Positions 1 through 11,944 of a stretch of 22,379 nucleotides of DNA are shown one piece after another. Every line of letters begins with the position of its first letter. Position 1 is the first letter of the stretch. Source of the stretch: Eledone cirrhosa (Eukaryota); NCBI GenBank assembly GCA_964016885.1, contig CAXHJY010001172.1:1-22379 (forward strand), in the 5' to 3' direction. A model generated the notes under the pieces. The model worked only from the letters and a program-made list of their open reading frames with translations. It ran no database searches and was not told where the DNA came from. A program made the translations under genes and the position numbers.

Positions 1-406
1 GTGCATTCTTCATGGGGGAGGGATTTAGTGTTTACAACAGACACTCTGTCACGTCTTCTGGTAAGGATATAATCTACCTGGTGTGTTCCCTGATCTATAG
101 GTGATCAGGTGATTGTCACGTTTTTTGAAGTTAGTGTTACAGATAGTTAGGTTATTTGCATCACAGAATTCCAGGATTATGGAGCCTTCCTCATTTCTAG
201 TACCAAACCCATGGCCTCCATGGATTTCGTCGTAGCCGTCACAATGTTGTCCAACGTGACCATTTAGGTCGCCTGCAATAATTATATAGTCACTGTCTGA
301 TATTTGGAGGTAGTTAGCAACAGTGTCTCATAGAATCTGTCTTTTATAGTGCCGGGCAGTCCGGATTGGGGTGCGTACGCAGATATTACTGTCACCGTAG
401 TTTTTA
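1..406 (-). mobile_element. 5'-truncated RTE-clade LINE fragment (APE endonuclease region); continues beyond the window start
   Basis: Near-identical to ~5547-5955 of the long RTE copy (encodes the [18 protein letters not shown] and LEFCDANNL segments). Similarity stops at ...gtagtttttat, where the (TA)n array begins. Confidence 0.9.
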
Positions 407-1976
<1,570 letters not shown>

Positions 1977-2230
1977 CATCATCATCATCATCATCAACGT
2001 TTAACGTCCGTGTTCCACGCTTGCATGGGTTAGGACGGGGGTAGTCCCACTTGAGGCAAGAGTGATTGTCTTGCTCGCATAGGACTGTCTGCAGGTTTTC
2101 TACAGTTGGATGCCCTTCCTAACACCAACCACATTTACAGTGTGGGTCTGGGAGGTTTTTACCGTGTTGCCTACACGGCCACATTACAGCGTGGACTGTG
2201 TGTTTTTTTGTCGTGACACCTACACGATCT
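1977..2230 (-). mobile_element. Short RTE 3'-end fragment (3' UTR plus (GAT)n tail)
   Basis: (CAT)n followed by caacgtttaacgtccgtgttccacg..., matching the 3' UTRs starting at 2712, 13222 and 21338. Truncated at acacgatct, with (TA)n on both sides. Confidence 0.92.
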
Positions 2231-2312
2231 ATACATATATATATATATGTATATATATGTATATATATGTATATGTATATATATGTATATATATGTATAT
2301 ATATGTATATGT

Positions 2313-2344
<32 letters not shown>

Positions 2345-2370
2345 GTATATATATGTATTATATATATATG

Positions 2371-2417
<47 letters not shown>

Positions 2418-2464
2418 GTATATATATGTATATATATATATATGTATATATATGTATATATATG

Positions 2465-2513
<49 letters not shown>

Positions 2514-2711
2514 GTATATATATGTATATATATGTATATATATATATATGTATATATATGTATATATATGTATATATATATATATGTATATATATATGTA
2601 TATATATGTATATATATATGTATATATATATGTATAGATATGTATATATATATATATATGTATATATATGTATATATATATATATGTATATATATGTATA
2701 TAATTATGTAT
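2231..2711. repeat. (TA)n/TATG microsatellite
   Basis: Directly visible. Confidence 0.98.
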
Positions 2712-2812
2712 CATCATCATCATCATCAGGTTTAGCGTCCGTGTTCCACGCTTGCATGGGTTTGGACGGGGGTTTTCCCACTTGAGGCAAGAGTGGTTGT
2801 CTTGCTCGCATA

Positions 2813-3037
2813 GGACTGTCTGGCGGGTTTTCTACAGTTGGATGCCCTTCCTAACACCAACCACATTTACAGTGTGGGGCTGGGAGGTTTTTACCGTGTT
2901 GCCTACACGGCCACATTACAGCGTGGACTGTCTGGCGGGTTTTCTACAGCTGGATGCCCTTCCTAACTCCAACCACATTTACAGTGTGGGGCTGGGAGGT
3001 TTTTACCGTGTTGCCTACGCGGCCACATTTACAGCGT
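2813..3037. repeat. Tandem duplication (~112 bp x2) inside the copy A 3' UTR
   Basis: 2813-2924 is nearly identical to 2925-3037, bounded by GGACTGT. The segment is single-copy in the other three 3' UTRs. Confidence 0.9.
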
Positions 3038-3214
3038 GGACTGTGTGTTTTTTTGTCGTGACACCTACACGATCTCATTTGTTTCGGCCTGGATGTTGTG
3101 GGACCAACATAACTGTACATTGAAAGGGGGCGGTGTGGATGGGGTGGAGGTGGTGGGACGGGGGGGTGTTTTGATAGAGATGCCTACTGACTGAAGTAGG
3201 TTTTTACTTTGTAT

Positions 3215-6200
3215 TTAGGTAAGGCGGGTCTTCTCTATTACTGAGTACCGCGAAAGGTCTCGGTCCAGTGACATTGTCTTGGAGAGGTGTAAGCGTGTGA
3301 GGTCGGAATTTATCAGCTCGTCCCATGTTTTTCTGGGTCTGCCTACTCCGTGGCTACCGTCTATCTTTATTGCCCTGCACTTTGTTATACAGCTGTCGTC
3401 TTTCATGCGCATCACGTGACCGTACCAACGTAGCCTTCTCTCGAGTAAACAACATCTGATCCCTCTTATTTCTAATTTTTTCCTTAGTTCGTTTATGCTT
3501 TGCCGTTCACGTATATTACTATTGCACATCCAGCGGAGCATGCAAGCTTCGTTCCTCTCTAGTCTGCGTATATCCTCTGCACACAATGCCCAGGTCTCAC
3601 TGCCATGCAGCATTGCTGTTCGTATGCAGGCATCGTATAACCTGCCTTTCATTTTTAGGAGAACCTCTAGCGGCTAATAGTGGTATAAGCTCTCTGAACT
3701 TTTTCCATCCAGTTCTGACTCTAGCTACTGTACTTTCAGAGCACCCTCCCCCACTGCTGATTTTGTCACCCAGGTAACGGAAGCTGTCCACTATTTCTAT
3801 AGAACCCTCTGCGCAGTTGGAGCTAGTATTTGTGGGCACTTGCTGCTACTTATTGCACCAGAGCACCGGCCACATGTAAAATCTATGTTCTTAGTTAGCT
3901 TACCTGTGATCCCACTACATCTTTTATGCACCCATACCTTGCATTTGGGACATAAAATGGAGTTTCTACCTACGCCTTTCCTACACACTGAGCATGGCCA
4001 TTTCCCAGATGGGACTGCCGCCATATTTTCTTTCCTACAAACTAGAACTTTTGTCTTAGCCAGGTTAATTTTAAGGCCTTTTGATTCTAGGCCGTGCTTC
4101 CATGTTTGGAATTTCTTCTCTAGTTCGGTCATTGATTCAGCTATGAGCGTTAGATCATCTGCGTATAGGAGTTCCCATGGGCAGCCGGTCTTGAACTCCT
4201 CTGTTATAGCCTGAAGGGCAATAATAAATAGTAGGGGCCTAAGAACAGAGCCCTGATGGACACCAACTTTTACGCTAAACTCTTCACTATATTCGTTGTT
4301 AATTCTAACCTTACTGACTGTTTCTTTATACATGGCTTGTATAGCTCTCACAAGCCATTCGTCAACACCTAGTTTTCTAAGAGACCACCAGATAATGGAA
4401 CGGGGGACTCTGTCGAAGGCTTTCTCCAAGTCGACGAAAGCTAAGTATAGGGGTTTACTTTTAGCTAGGTACTTCTCCTGTAGTTGTCGTACAATGAAAA
4501 GAGCGTCTGTGGTACTTTTGCCTGACACAAACCCGAACTGCATTTCATCTAGGTCAATCTCTCTCTGATTAGTTGCGCTATTACTTTTTCCGTGACCTTC
4601 ATGACCTGGTCGATTAATTTAATGCCTCTATAGTTACTCCTATCTAGGGCATCTCCTTTTCCCTTATAGCAGTTAACGATGATGCTGCTACGTCAGTCCT
4701 TCAGAACAACCCCATTCTGTACGACTTGGTTAACTATCCGGGTGACCATGGTGTGTCCCACCGAACCAGATGCCTTCAGCATCTCAGCAACTATTTCCGA
4801 AGGCCCAGCCGCCTTACCCGTCTTCATATCTTTGATTGCCTTGCTTATTGTACTACCCTGGACTAACACTGCTGGTCCCTCTATTGGGTCGATGTGGGGG
4901 AGACTGTCTTTCTCCCATTTGTTCTCCTCATTTAGAAGCCTTTCGTAGTGACACTTCCAAGCTACCTTCTTATCAGCGTCGGTGATGGCAAGTATGCCAT
5001 CATCGTTAAGCACACACTTCTCCCCGACAATATCACGGTTTTCCTTGACACATTGCCTGGCAATCCTGAACACCTCACGTTTTTGGTCCTCACGTTGTAG
5101 AACATGCTTGAACTTTCTTTCCTCTGCTTCCCTTCTTGCGAAGTACACTTGTCTCCTAGCTTCCCTCCTGACTACCTGATAGTCTTCTCTACTTCCCCCA
5201 TCCCGCCATGCTTTCCAAGTCTGCTTTTTGGCCTTAATTGACTCCTCCACCTTACTGTTCCACCACCATGTTACTCTCCTCCTACCTACAGGCCTGCTCC
5301 AGCCACAGACTTCGTCTGCCGCCGTCAGCAGGTTTGCTCTCAGGAATTCCCACTGTTCCTCTATATTATACGTCTCTAATTGCTCTTCCTTACTGTCGAA
5401 AGCGTCAAGTAATATGCTTTGAAATTTATTTCTGACTATGGGGTCCTTTATCTTCCATATTTTTCTCCTGAGGATAGTCCTCTTCCGCTGTCTAGTACGT
5501 CTCGTCCTGACTATGAAGTCGCTAATTATCAGTCTATGTTGGGAGGTGAATTCTTCATGGGGGAGGGATTTAGTGTTAACAACAGACACTCTGTCACGTC
5601 TTCTGGTAAGGATATAATCTACCTGGCTTGTGTGTTCCCCCGATCTATAGGTGATCAAGTGATTGTCTCGTTTTTTGAAGTTAGTGTTACAGATAGTTAA
5701 GTTATTTGCGTCGCAGAATTCCAGGATTCTGGAGCCTTCCTCATTTCTAGTACCGAACCCATAGCCTCCATGGATTCCGTCATAGCCGTCACAATGCTGT
5801 CCGTGACCATTTAGGTCGCCTGCAATAACTATATAGTCACTGTCGGTTATTTGGGAGGTAGCGAGCATCAGTGTCTCGTAGAATCTGTCTTTTATAGCAC
5901 CGGGCAGTCCGGATTGTGGTGCGTACGCAGATATTACTGTCACCGTAGTTTTATTGAGGACAAGTCTTATTTTAATTATTCTGTCGTTCACTCTATTTAC
6001 GTCTATTATCTTATCTGCCCACTTTTCTGCTACCATGATTCCTATCCCACCCAACCCATTGTCATTTCCCACCCAGAAAAGCTTATAGCATCGTTCTTTA
6101 CCCACGATGAATCTAGCCGACCCTCCCCTCCACTTGGTCTCTTGAATACAACAAACATCGACCTCCTTACGTTCAAGCATTTCTACAACCTCGTTAGAGC

Positions 6201-6450
6201 GACCCTTTAAGGTGCCTACATTCATGGTACCAACTCTGAAGTTTTGGATTGCGTTTGGAGGGTGGGAGGGGTGGGGCGCGGGGGGTGATGGGGTTATGTT
6301 AGCCATCCTGGGCCGAAACAAGGCGGAGTGCTTGCATTCTCGTCCACGAGGTGAATTTGTCTTTATCTTTGGCATTGTCGCTGAGCGTCCACATTTTTCT
6401 CTCTTCAACTCTCCTGAATTCCGTAGTCCATCCATCATATCGAAAAGCAA
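3215..6450 (-). pseudogene. Disrupted RTE ORF: APE endonuclease, reverse transcriptase with PHD-type finger insert, RTE C-terminus
   Basis: APE motifs TMNVGTL, CCIQETKW, AYAP, GDLNG, QVDY. RT motifs QFGF, FVDLEKAFD, GVHQGSVL, YADD, FRYLG. RTE C-terminal motifs RLRWYGHV and GRPRKTW. Compared with copy B: TGG>TGA stop at 4693-4695 and frameshifts near 4558, 3830 and 3660. Confidence 0.93.
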
Positions 6451-6542
6451 CCAGTTAGGCGATAGTATGGGCCTCTGACTTATGATTGGTCCACGTAATA
6501 ATGGTGGTGCGTGGGGGAGGGTGGGAGGGATGATGTGTTGTT

Positions 6543-7405
6543 AGCGAGAATGTAAGGTTTAAGATAAGATCGCCGTATTTTGGGCATAATTTAACAAACG
6601 AAAATACAAGATTTGTTTTTAAGAAAATACGATAGAGAAAATGCGGTGATAGGGAAAATATGATTTTTAGAGAAAAAATATGATATAGAATGATAGAATG
6701 GTGAAAATATGATATAGTGTGAAATTAGGACATAGAACAGTCATTGAAATGAATGGATTCGAATGGAGAGAAGAATCGAGAAAAATATATTTGGACGTTA
6801 CTTTATACCGCAAGAAGAGCCATCCCAGAAATAGCGAGTTGGCGATTGTGATTAATTTTGGTAGGGATTTATCTTATATGTATAGAGAGGGATGGGGGGG
6901 GGGGGGAACCAGCATGGTGTATGGGTAGGGGGTAGAAGATGGGATGGAGCAGAGGTTAAGAGTTTAAATAGGTACTAGAAGTTTTGCGTAGAACTTAGCA
7001 AGTTTAACAAAATATATTTAAAGGAATATATAATAGTGATTTGTTTTTGTTATGAAAATACGACAGAATATGAAAATATGACTGAATTAAGCGAGAATGT
7101 AAGGTTTAAGATAAGATCGCCGTATTTTGGGCATAATTTAACAATAAACGAAAATACAAGATTTGTTTTGTTTAAGAAAATACGATAGAGAAAATGCGGT
7201 GATAGGGAAAATATGATTTTTAGAGAAAAAATATGATATAGAATGATAGAATGGTGAAAATATGATATAGTGTGAAATTAGGACATAGAACAGTCATTGA
7301 AATGAATGGATTCGAATGGAGAGAAGAATCGAGAAAAATATATTTGGACGTTACTTTATACCGCAAGAAGAGCCATCCCAGAAATAGCAAGTTGGCGATT
7401 GTGAT

Positions 7406-7407
<2 letters not shown>
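6543..7407. repeat. ~315-bp direct repeat (6543-6854 and 7090-7407) upstream of the RTE ORF
   Basis: Both units run agcgagaatgtaagg...ggcgattgtgatta. The near-identical short ORFs at 6719 and 7272 reflect this duplication. Confidence 0.92.
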
Positions 7408-7436
<29 letters not shown>

Positions 7437-7457
7437 GTATATATATATGTATATATG

Positions 7458-7487
<30 letters not shown>
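7408..7487. repeat. Short (TA)n/TATG array between the divergent RTE copies A and B
   Basis: Directly visible. Confidence 0.95.
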
Positions 7488-7488
<1 letters not shown>

Positions 7489-9103
7489 GCCATCACCGAC
7501 GCTGATAAGAAGGTAGCTTCGAAGTGTCACTATGAAAGGCTACTAAATGAGGAAAATAAATGGGAGAAAGACAGTCTCCCCCATAACGACCCAATAGAGG
7601 GACCAGCAGTGTTAGTCGAGGGGAGTATGATAAGTAAGGCAATCAAGGATATGAAGACAGGTAAGGCTGCTGGGCCTTCGGAAATTGTTGCTGAGATGCT
7701 GAAGGCATCTGGCACGGTGGGACACACCATGGTCACCCGCATAGTTAACCAAGTCGTACAGAATGGGGTTGTTCCGAAGGACTGGCATAGCAGCATCATC
7801 GTTAACTGTTATAAGGGTAAAGGAGACGCCCTAGATAGGAGTAACTATAGAGGCATTAAATTAATCGACCAGGTCATGAAGGTCACGGAAAAAGTAATAG
7901 CGCAACTAATCAGAGAGAGAATTGACCTAGATGAAATGCAGTTCGGGTTTGTGTCAGGCAAAAGCACCACAGACGCTCTTTTCATAGTACAACAACTACA
8001 GGAGAAGTACCTAGCTAAAGGTAAACCCCTCTACTTAGCTTTTGTCGACCTGGAGAAAGCCTTCGACAGAGTCCCCCGCTCCATTATCTGGTGGGCTCTT
8101 AGAAAACTAGGCGTTGACGAATGGCTTGTGAGGGCTATACAAGCCATGTATAAAGAAACAGTCAGCAAGGTTAGAATTAACAACGAATATAGTGAAGAGT
8201 TTAGCGTAAAAGTTGGCGTCCATCAGGGCTCTGTTCTCAGCCCCCTACTATTTATTATTGCCCTTCAGGCTATAACAGAAGAGTTCAAGACAGGCTGCCC
8301 ATGGGAACTCCTATACGCAGACGACCTGACACTCATAGCGGAATCAATGGCCGAGCTAGAGAAGAAATTCCAAACATGGAAGCACGGCCTAGAGTCAAAA
8401 GGACTTAAAATTAACCTGGCTAAGACCAAAGTTCTAGTTTGTAAGAAAGAAAACAAGGCGGCGGTCCCTTCTGGGAAATGGTCGTGCTCGGTGTGTAGGA
8501 AAGGCGTAGGTAGAAACTCCATTTTATGTCCTAAATGCAAAGTATGGGTGCATAAAAGATGTAGTGGGATCACAGGTAAGCTAACTAAGAACATAGATTT
8601 TACATGTGGCCGGTGTTCTGGTGCAATAAGTAGCAGCAAGTGCCCACAAAATACTAGCTCTTTCAATTGCGCAGAGGGTTCTATAGAAATAGTGGACAGC
8701 TTCCGTTACCTGGGCGATAAAATCAGCAGTGGAGGAGGGTGCTCTGAAAGTACTGTAGCTAGAGTCAGAACTGGTTGGAAAAAGTTCAGAGAGCTTATAC
8801 CACTATTAGCTGCTATAGGGTTCTCCCTAAAAATGAAAGGCAGGTTGTACGATGCCTGCATACGAACAGCAATGTTGCATGGCAGTGAGACCTGGGCATT
8901 GTGTGCAGAGGATATACGCAGACTAGAGAGGAACGAAGCTTGCATGCTCCGCTGTATGTGTAACAGTAATATACGTGAACGGCAAAGCATAAACGAACTA
9001 AGGAAAAAATTAGAGATAAGAGGGATCAGATGTTGTTTACTCGAGAGAAGGCTACGTTGGTATGGATACGTGATGCGCATGAAAGTCGATAGCTGTATAA
9101 CAA
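7488..9103 (+). mobile_element. RTE copy B: 5'-truncated, uninterrupted RT reading frame, 3' end replaced by the Penelope-like element
   Basis: Open frame from AITDADKK (7489) to KVDSCIT (9102) with FVDLEKAFD, QGSVLSPLLF, YADD and FRYLG. Inverted homolog of ~3383-4990. The N-terminal Y/I stretch and last ~22 aa of the 7417-9171 ORF are read-through into flanking sequence. Confidence 0.93.
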
Positions 9104-9190
9104 TGTTTGAATATGTATCAATGTTTGAATATGTATTGGTATGTCTCTCGGCTGAAAGGGAGGTCATATAACTGTCCATGCATTAATAAA

Positions 9191-9240
9191 TTGCTCCGAA
9201 GAATCCAAACCTCGGTTTGGAGGAAACAGCTGTAAGCACA
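9191..9240 (+). ncRNA. Minimal type I hammerhead ribozyme (variant core)
   Basis: Stem I TGCT (9192-9195) / AGCA (9235-9238). Core CCGAAGA (9196-9202; canonical CUGANGA). Stem II TCCAAAC-ctcg-GTTTGGA. GAAA at 9223-9226. Palindromic stem III CAGCTG. GUA cleavage triplet ends at 9234. Such motifs are established in Penelope pLTRs. Confidence 0.78.
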
Positions 9241-9487
9241 ATAATGTTTTGAACAGTTCTTTGATTCTTATATTTCATATAACTGCTCTGTAAATCATCT
9301 GATGTTTTTACATTGAGCTACTTAACTTACTGGTAATAAGGTAGTAATACAATACTGCCTACCACTATTTAGGGTGTGTGTAAAATACTTACAACTGCTT
9401 AAGGTCTTGTGTTTACATAACCATAAATAGTATAACTAATACTATTAACTGCTCCATATCGTTGAGCTGACATATAATATTGCCAAT

Positions 9488-11944
9488 ATGCTAATCAAAG
9501 ACCAACTCCCCCTGTCAACCAAGAACATACCAATACCATCCAGGAATACATATGAGAAATTGCTGATCAACAGTGTAAATTCATTTATCAATAGAGTGAG
9601 ATGGAGGACATTCCATTATGATAGAAACAAATCTAACAACTTGAATAATACTAACAATTTTGACTCCTTCGGCTTTAAAACCTTTAAAAGCCCCCCTCAT
9701 AACACTCTTCTTAACTCCTTTGAAAATGACCTAGTGAAACTAGTTAAGAACATTAAATACAATAAGCACCATATTAAAAGCAACACCTTCTTAAACAAAC
9801 TTAACACTTCTATTAATGGATTCAAAACTAGTAATAAAATTATTGTACACGCAGATAAAACTAATAACATATACAGCCTAGATTATAATACTTATAGAAA
9901 GTTTATATATAATGAACTACATAAAAGCTACAAAAAAACCACCTTGAAAAACTTAGAAGATATTAATGTAGAGGGTTATAATATAGTGTCTAAACTAGGA
10001 CTACAGAGGCATACACAACCTTTCACTCCGAACCCCCATAGATTCTCTCTGAAGGACCATAAGGAGAACTTCATCAGCAACCCCACGATAAGACTTATCT
10101 GCCCTTCCAAGTCCGACATTGGTATTATCAGCAAGAAGATTTTGGATAAAATCATCCCACAAATTAAACACAAGATACACCTTAAACAATGGGGAAATAC
10201 GGGTGAAGTCATTGAATGGTTCAAGGATATCAAGAATAATAAGAACAAAAAATTTATTCAATTTGATATCAATTCGTACTACACCTCTATTTCCCCTATC
10301 CTATTAAATAAGGCACTTATCATGGCCATGACCAATAGCGACCTGACTAGAGCCCAGGTTGATGTCATCCTTGCGGCCCGTAAAACCATAATTACCTTTG
10401 AGGACCAACTATGGACACGCAAGGATACGCACAACAACTTCGACATAACCATGGGATCTAGTGACTCGGCGCAGGTCACTGATTTGGTCGGCCTATACCT
10501 CCTCAATGAAATCCATAAGGACCTCCCTTACCTCAACGGTGGTTTGTACCGCGATGATGCACTTCTACTTATAGAATATAAAAAATTTAATATAGAAAGA
10601 ACTAGAAAACAACTGCATAAGACATTCAAAAACTTTAACCTTAGTATCACCATGGACAAAAACACTAAAAATGTTAACTTCCTAGACGCCACACTATACC
10701 TAGACTCAAAAATATATACACCTTTCCATAAGCCTAATGAGAAACTTATTTACGTAGATACCAAGTCTAATCACCCTAGATCAATATTAAACTCTATCTC
10801 TAAGGGGGTGTCCAATAGAATCTCTAGTCTGTCCTATGACGCAAACATATTTAGCAAAAACTCACAATATTACAATCAAGCATTAGCTAGCTCCGGCCAT
10901 AATATAGAAATTGAGTTCCTACCTAAGAAAACACATAGCTACAACATCATCTCGCACAACATGTCCATGAGGAAATCTAATAGGAATAGCAACCACAAGT
11001 ACACCAAAGCGGAGTGTGCCACCAGAAGTAACCATTACCATGGAAACTACTGTGGGGCCTTAGGAGGCAGCAACACACCAAACACTAAAAGCAAAAATAG
11101 AAGAAGAAATAATACATTTTTCAACCCTCCTTTCAACCTTAATGTCTCCACCAACATACCTAGGGCTTTCTTCTCACTACTAGATAAAAACTTCCCTCTA
11201 GGACACAAGTACCACAACCTCTTAAACAAAAACACCATTAAAATCTCATACTCTACGACGCCTAACTTAGCATACCACATAGCTAGCAGCAATAATAGTA
11301 AAATTAGTTCTTACTTCCAACAAACAAAATCACAACGGGATGCAAACCCTCTAAATACCACTGTAGCAAGCAACCATAGCAACGGCAGTAACAATAGAAA
11401 TAACACTAGTATAAGTAATAACACCAGGGTTGTCAACCCGAACACCCAAAATCCTATATCTACCACACAGACTTCCACATTGCATTATAACCAGCGGACT
11501 AACGCACAGGATAATTGTAACTGTAGAGCTAATAGAACCTGCCCTTTAGATAAAAAATGCCTAACCAAGGATGTCATATACTCATGCACCGTCACGACTA
11601 ATAACTCTTCAGAAACCTATGTAGGCTCCACTTCTAACTGCTTCAAAATCAGATATAATTCGCACATCCACTCGTTCAAAAAGCACAGCCTAGCCAACTA
11701 CACCTCACTTTCTAGCTACATACACTATCTAAAATCTAAAAATAAACCATACACACTCAAATGGGAAGTGATAGGCAGCGCGACCTCGTACAAACCACCT
11801 AATAAATTCTGTAACCTCTGTATACTAGAGAGACACAATATTATCTTCTCCAACCGTAACCTACTTCACAAAAAATCTGAGGTGTTTGCAACTTGCCAGC
11901 ACCGCCTCAGACATTCCTTCCAAAACTTTAAGCCCAATATATAG
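9488..11944 (+). CDS. Penelope-like polyprotein: reverse transcriptase plus C-terminal GIY-YIG endonuclease (818 aa, intact)
   Basis: N-terminal KNIPIPS, ADKTNNIY, RLICPSKSDIG. RT motifs FDINSYYTSI, FDITMGSSD, LYRDD, NFLD. Thumb YVDTKSNHP. Cys motif CNCRANRTCPLDKKC. GIY-YIG VIY...YVGST...FKIRYNSH. C-terminal CNLCILE...CQH. Confidence 0.92.
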   Translation: MLIKDQLPLSTKNIPIPSRNTYEKLLINSVNSFINRVRWRTFHYDRNKSNNLNNTNNFDSFGFKTFKSPPHNTLLNSFENDLVKLVKNIKYNKHHIKSNTFLNKLNTSINGFKTSNKIIVHADKTNNIYSLDYNTYRKFIYNELHKSYKKTTLKNLEDINVEGYNIVSKLGLQRHTQPFTPNPHRFSLKDHKENFISNPTIRLICPSKSDIGIISKKILDKIIPQIKHKIHLKQWGNTGEVIEWFKDIKNNKNKKFIQFDINSYYTSISPILLNKALIMAMTNSDLTRAQVDVILAARKTIITFEDQLWTRKDTHNNFDITMGSSDSAQVTDLVGLYLLNEIHKDLPYLNGGLYRDDALLLIEYKKFNIERTRKQLHKTFKNFNLSITMDKNTKNVNFLDATLYLDSKIYTPFHKPNEKLIYVDTKSNHPRSILNSISKGVSNRISSLSYDANIFSKNSQYYNQALASSGHNIEIEFLPKKTHSYNIISHNMSMRKSNRNSNHKYTKAECATRSNHYHGNYCGALGGSNTPNTKSKNRRRNNTFFNPPFNLNVSTNIPRAFFSLLDKNFPLGHKYHNLLNKNTIKISYSTTPNLAYHIASSNNSKISSYFQQTKSQRDANPLNTTVASNHSNGSNNRNNTSISNNTRVVNPNTQNPISTTQTSTLHYNQRTNAQDNCNCRANRTCPLDKKCLTKDVIYSCTVTTNNSSETYVGSTSNCFKIRYNSHIHSFKKHSLANYTSLSSYIHYLKSKNKPYTLKWEVIGSATSYKPPNKFCNLCILERHNIIFSNRNLLHKKSEVFATCQHRLRHSFQNFKPNI

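Larger units (their letters stand above)
2712..7407 (-). mobile_element. Near full-length RTE-clade non-LTR retrotransposon (copy A)
   Basis: Single APE-RT coding region at 6450-3215, ~500-bp 3' UTR ending in a (GAT)n tail at 2712, and ~950 bp of upstream sequence ending at a (TA)n array. Assigning 6451-7407 to the 5' UTR is an inference. Confidence 0.9.

Noticed and set aside
6451-7407. 5' HDV-like ribozyme, known from some RTE elements
   Set aside because: No nested double-pseudoknot pattern recognisable on the sense strand by eye.
3495-8666. Short ORFs antisense to the RTE coding regions (likewise those antisense to the Penelope ORF)
   Set aside because: Shadow ORFs of known coding sequence with no recognisable motifs.
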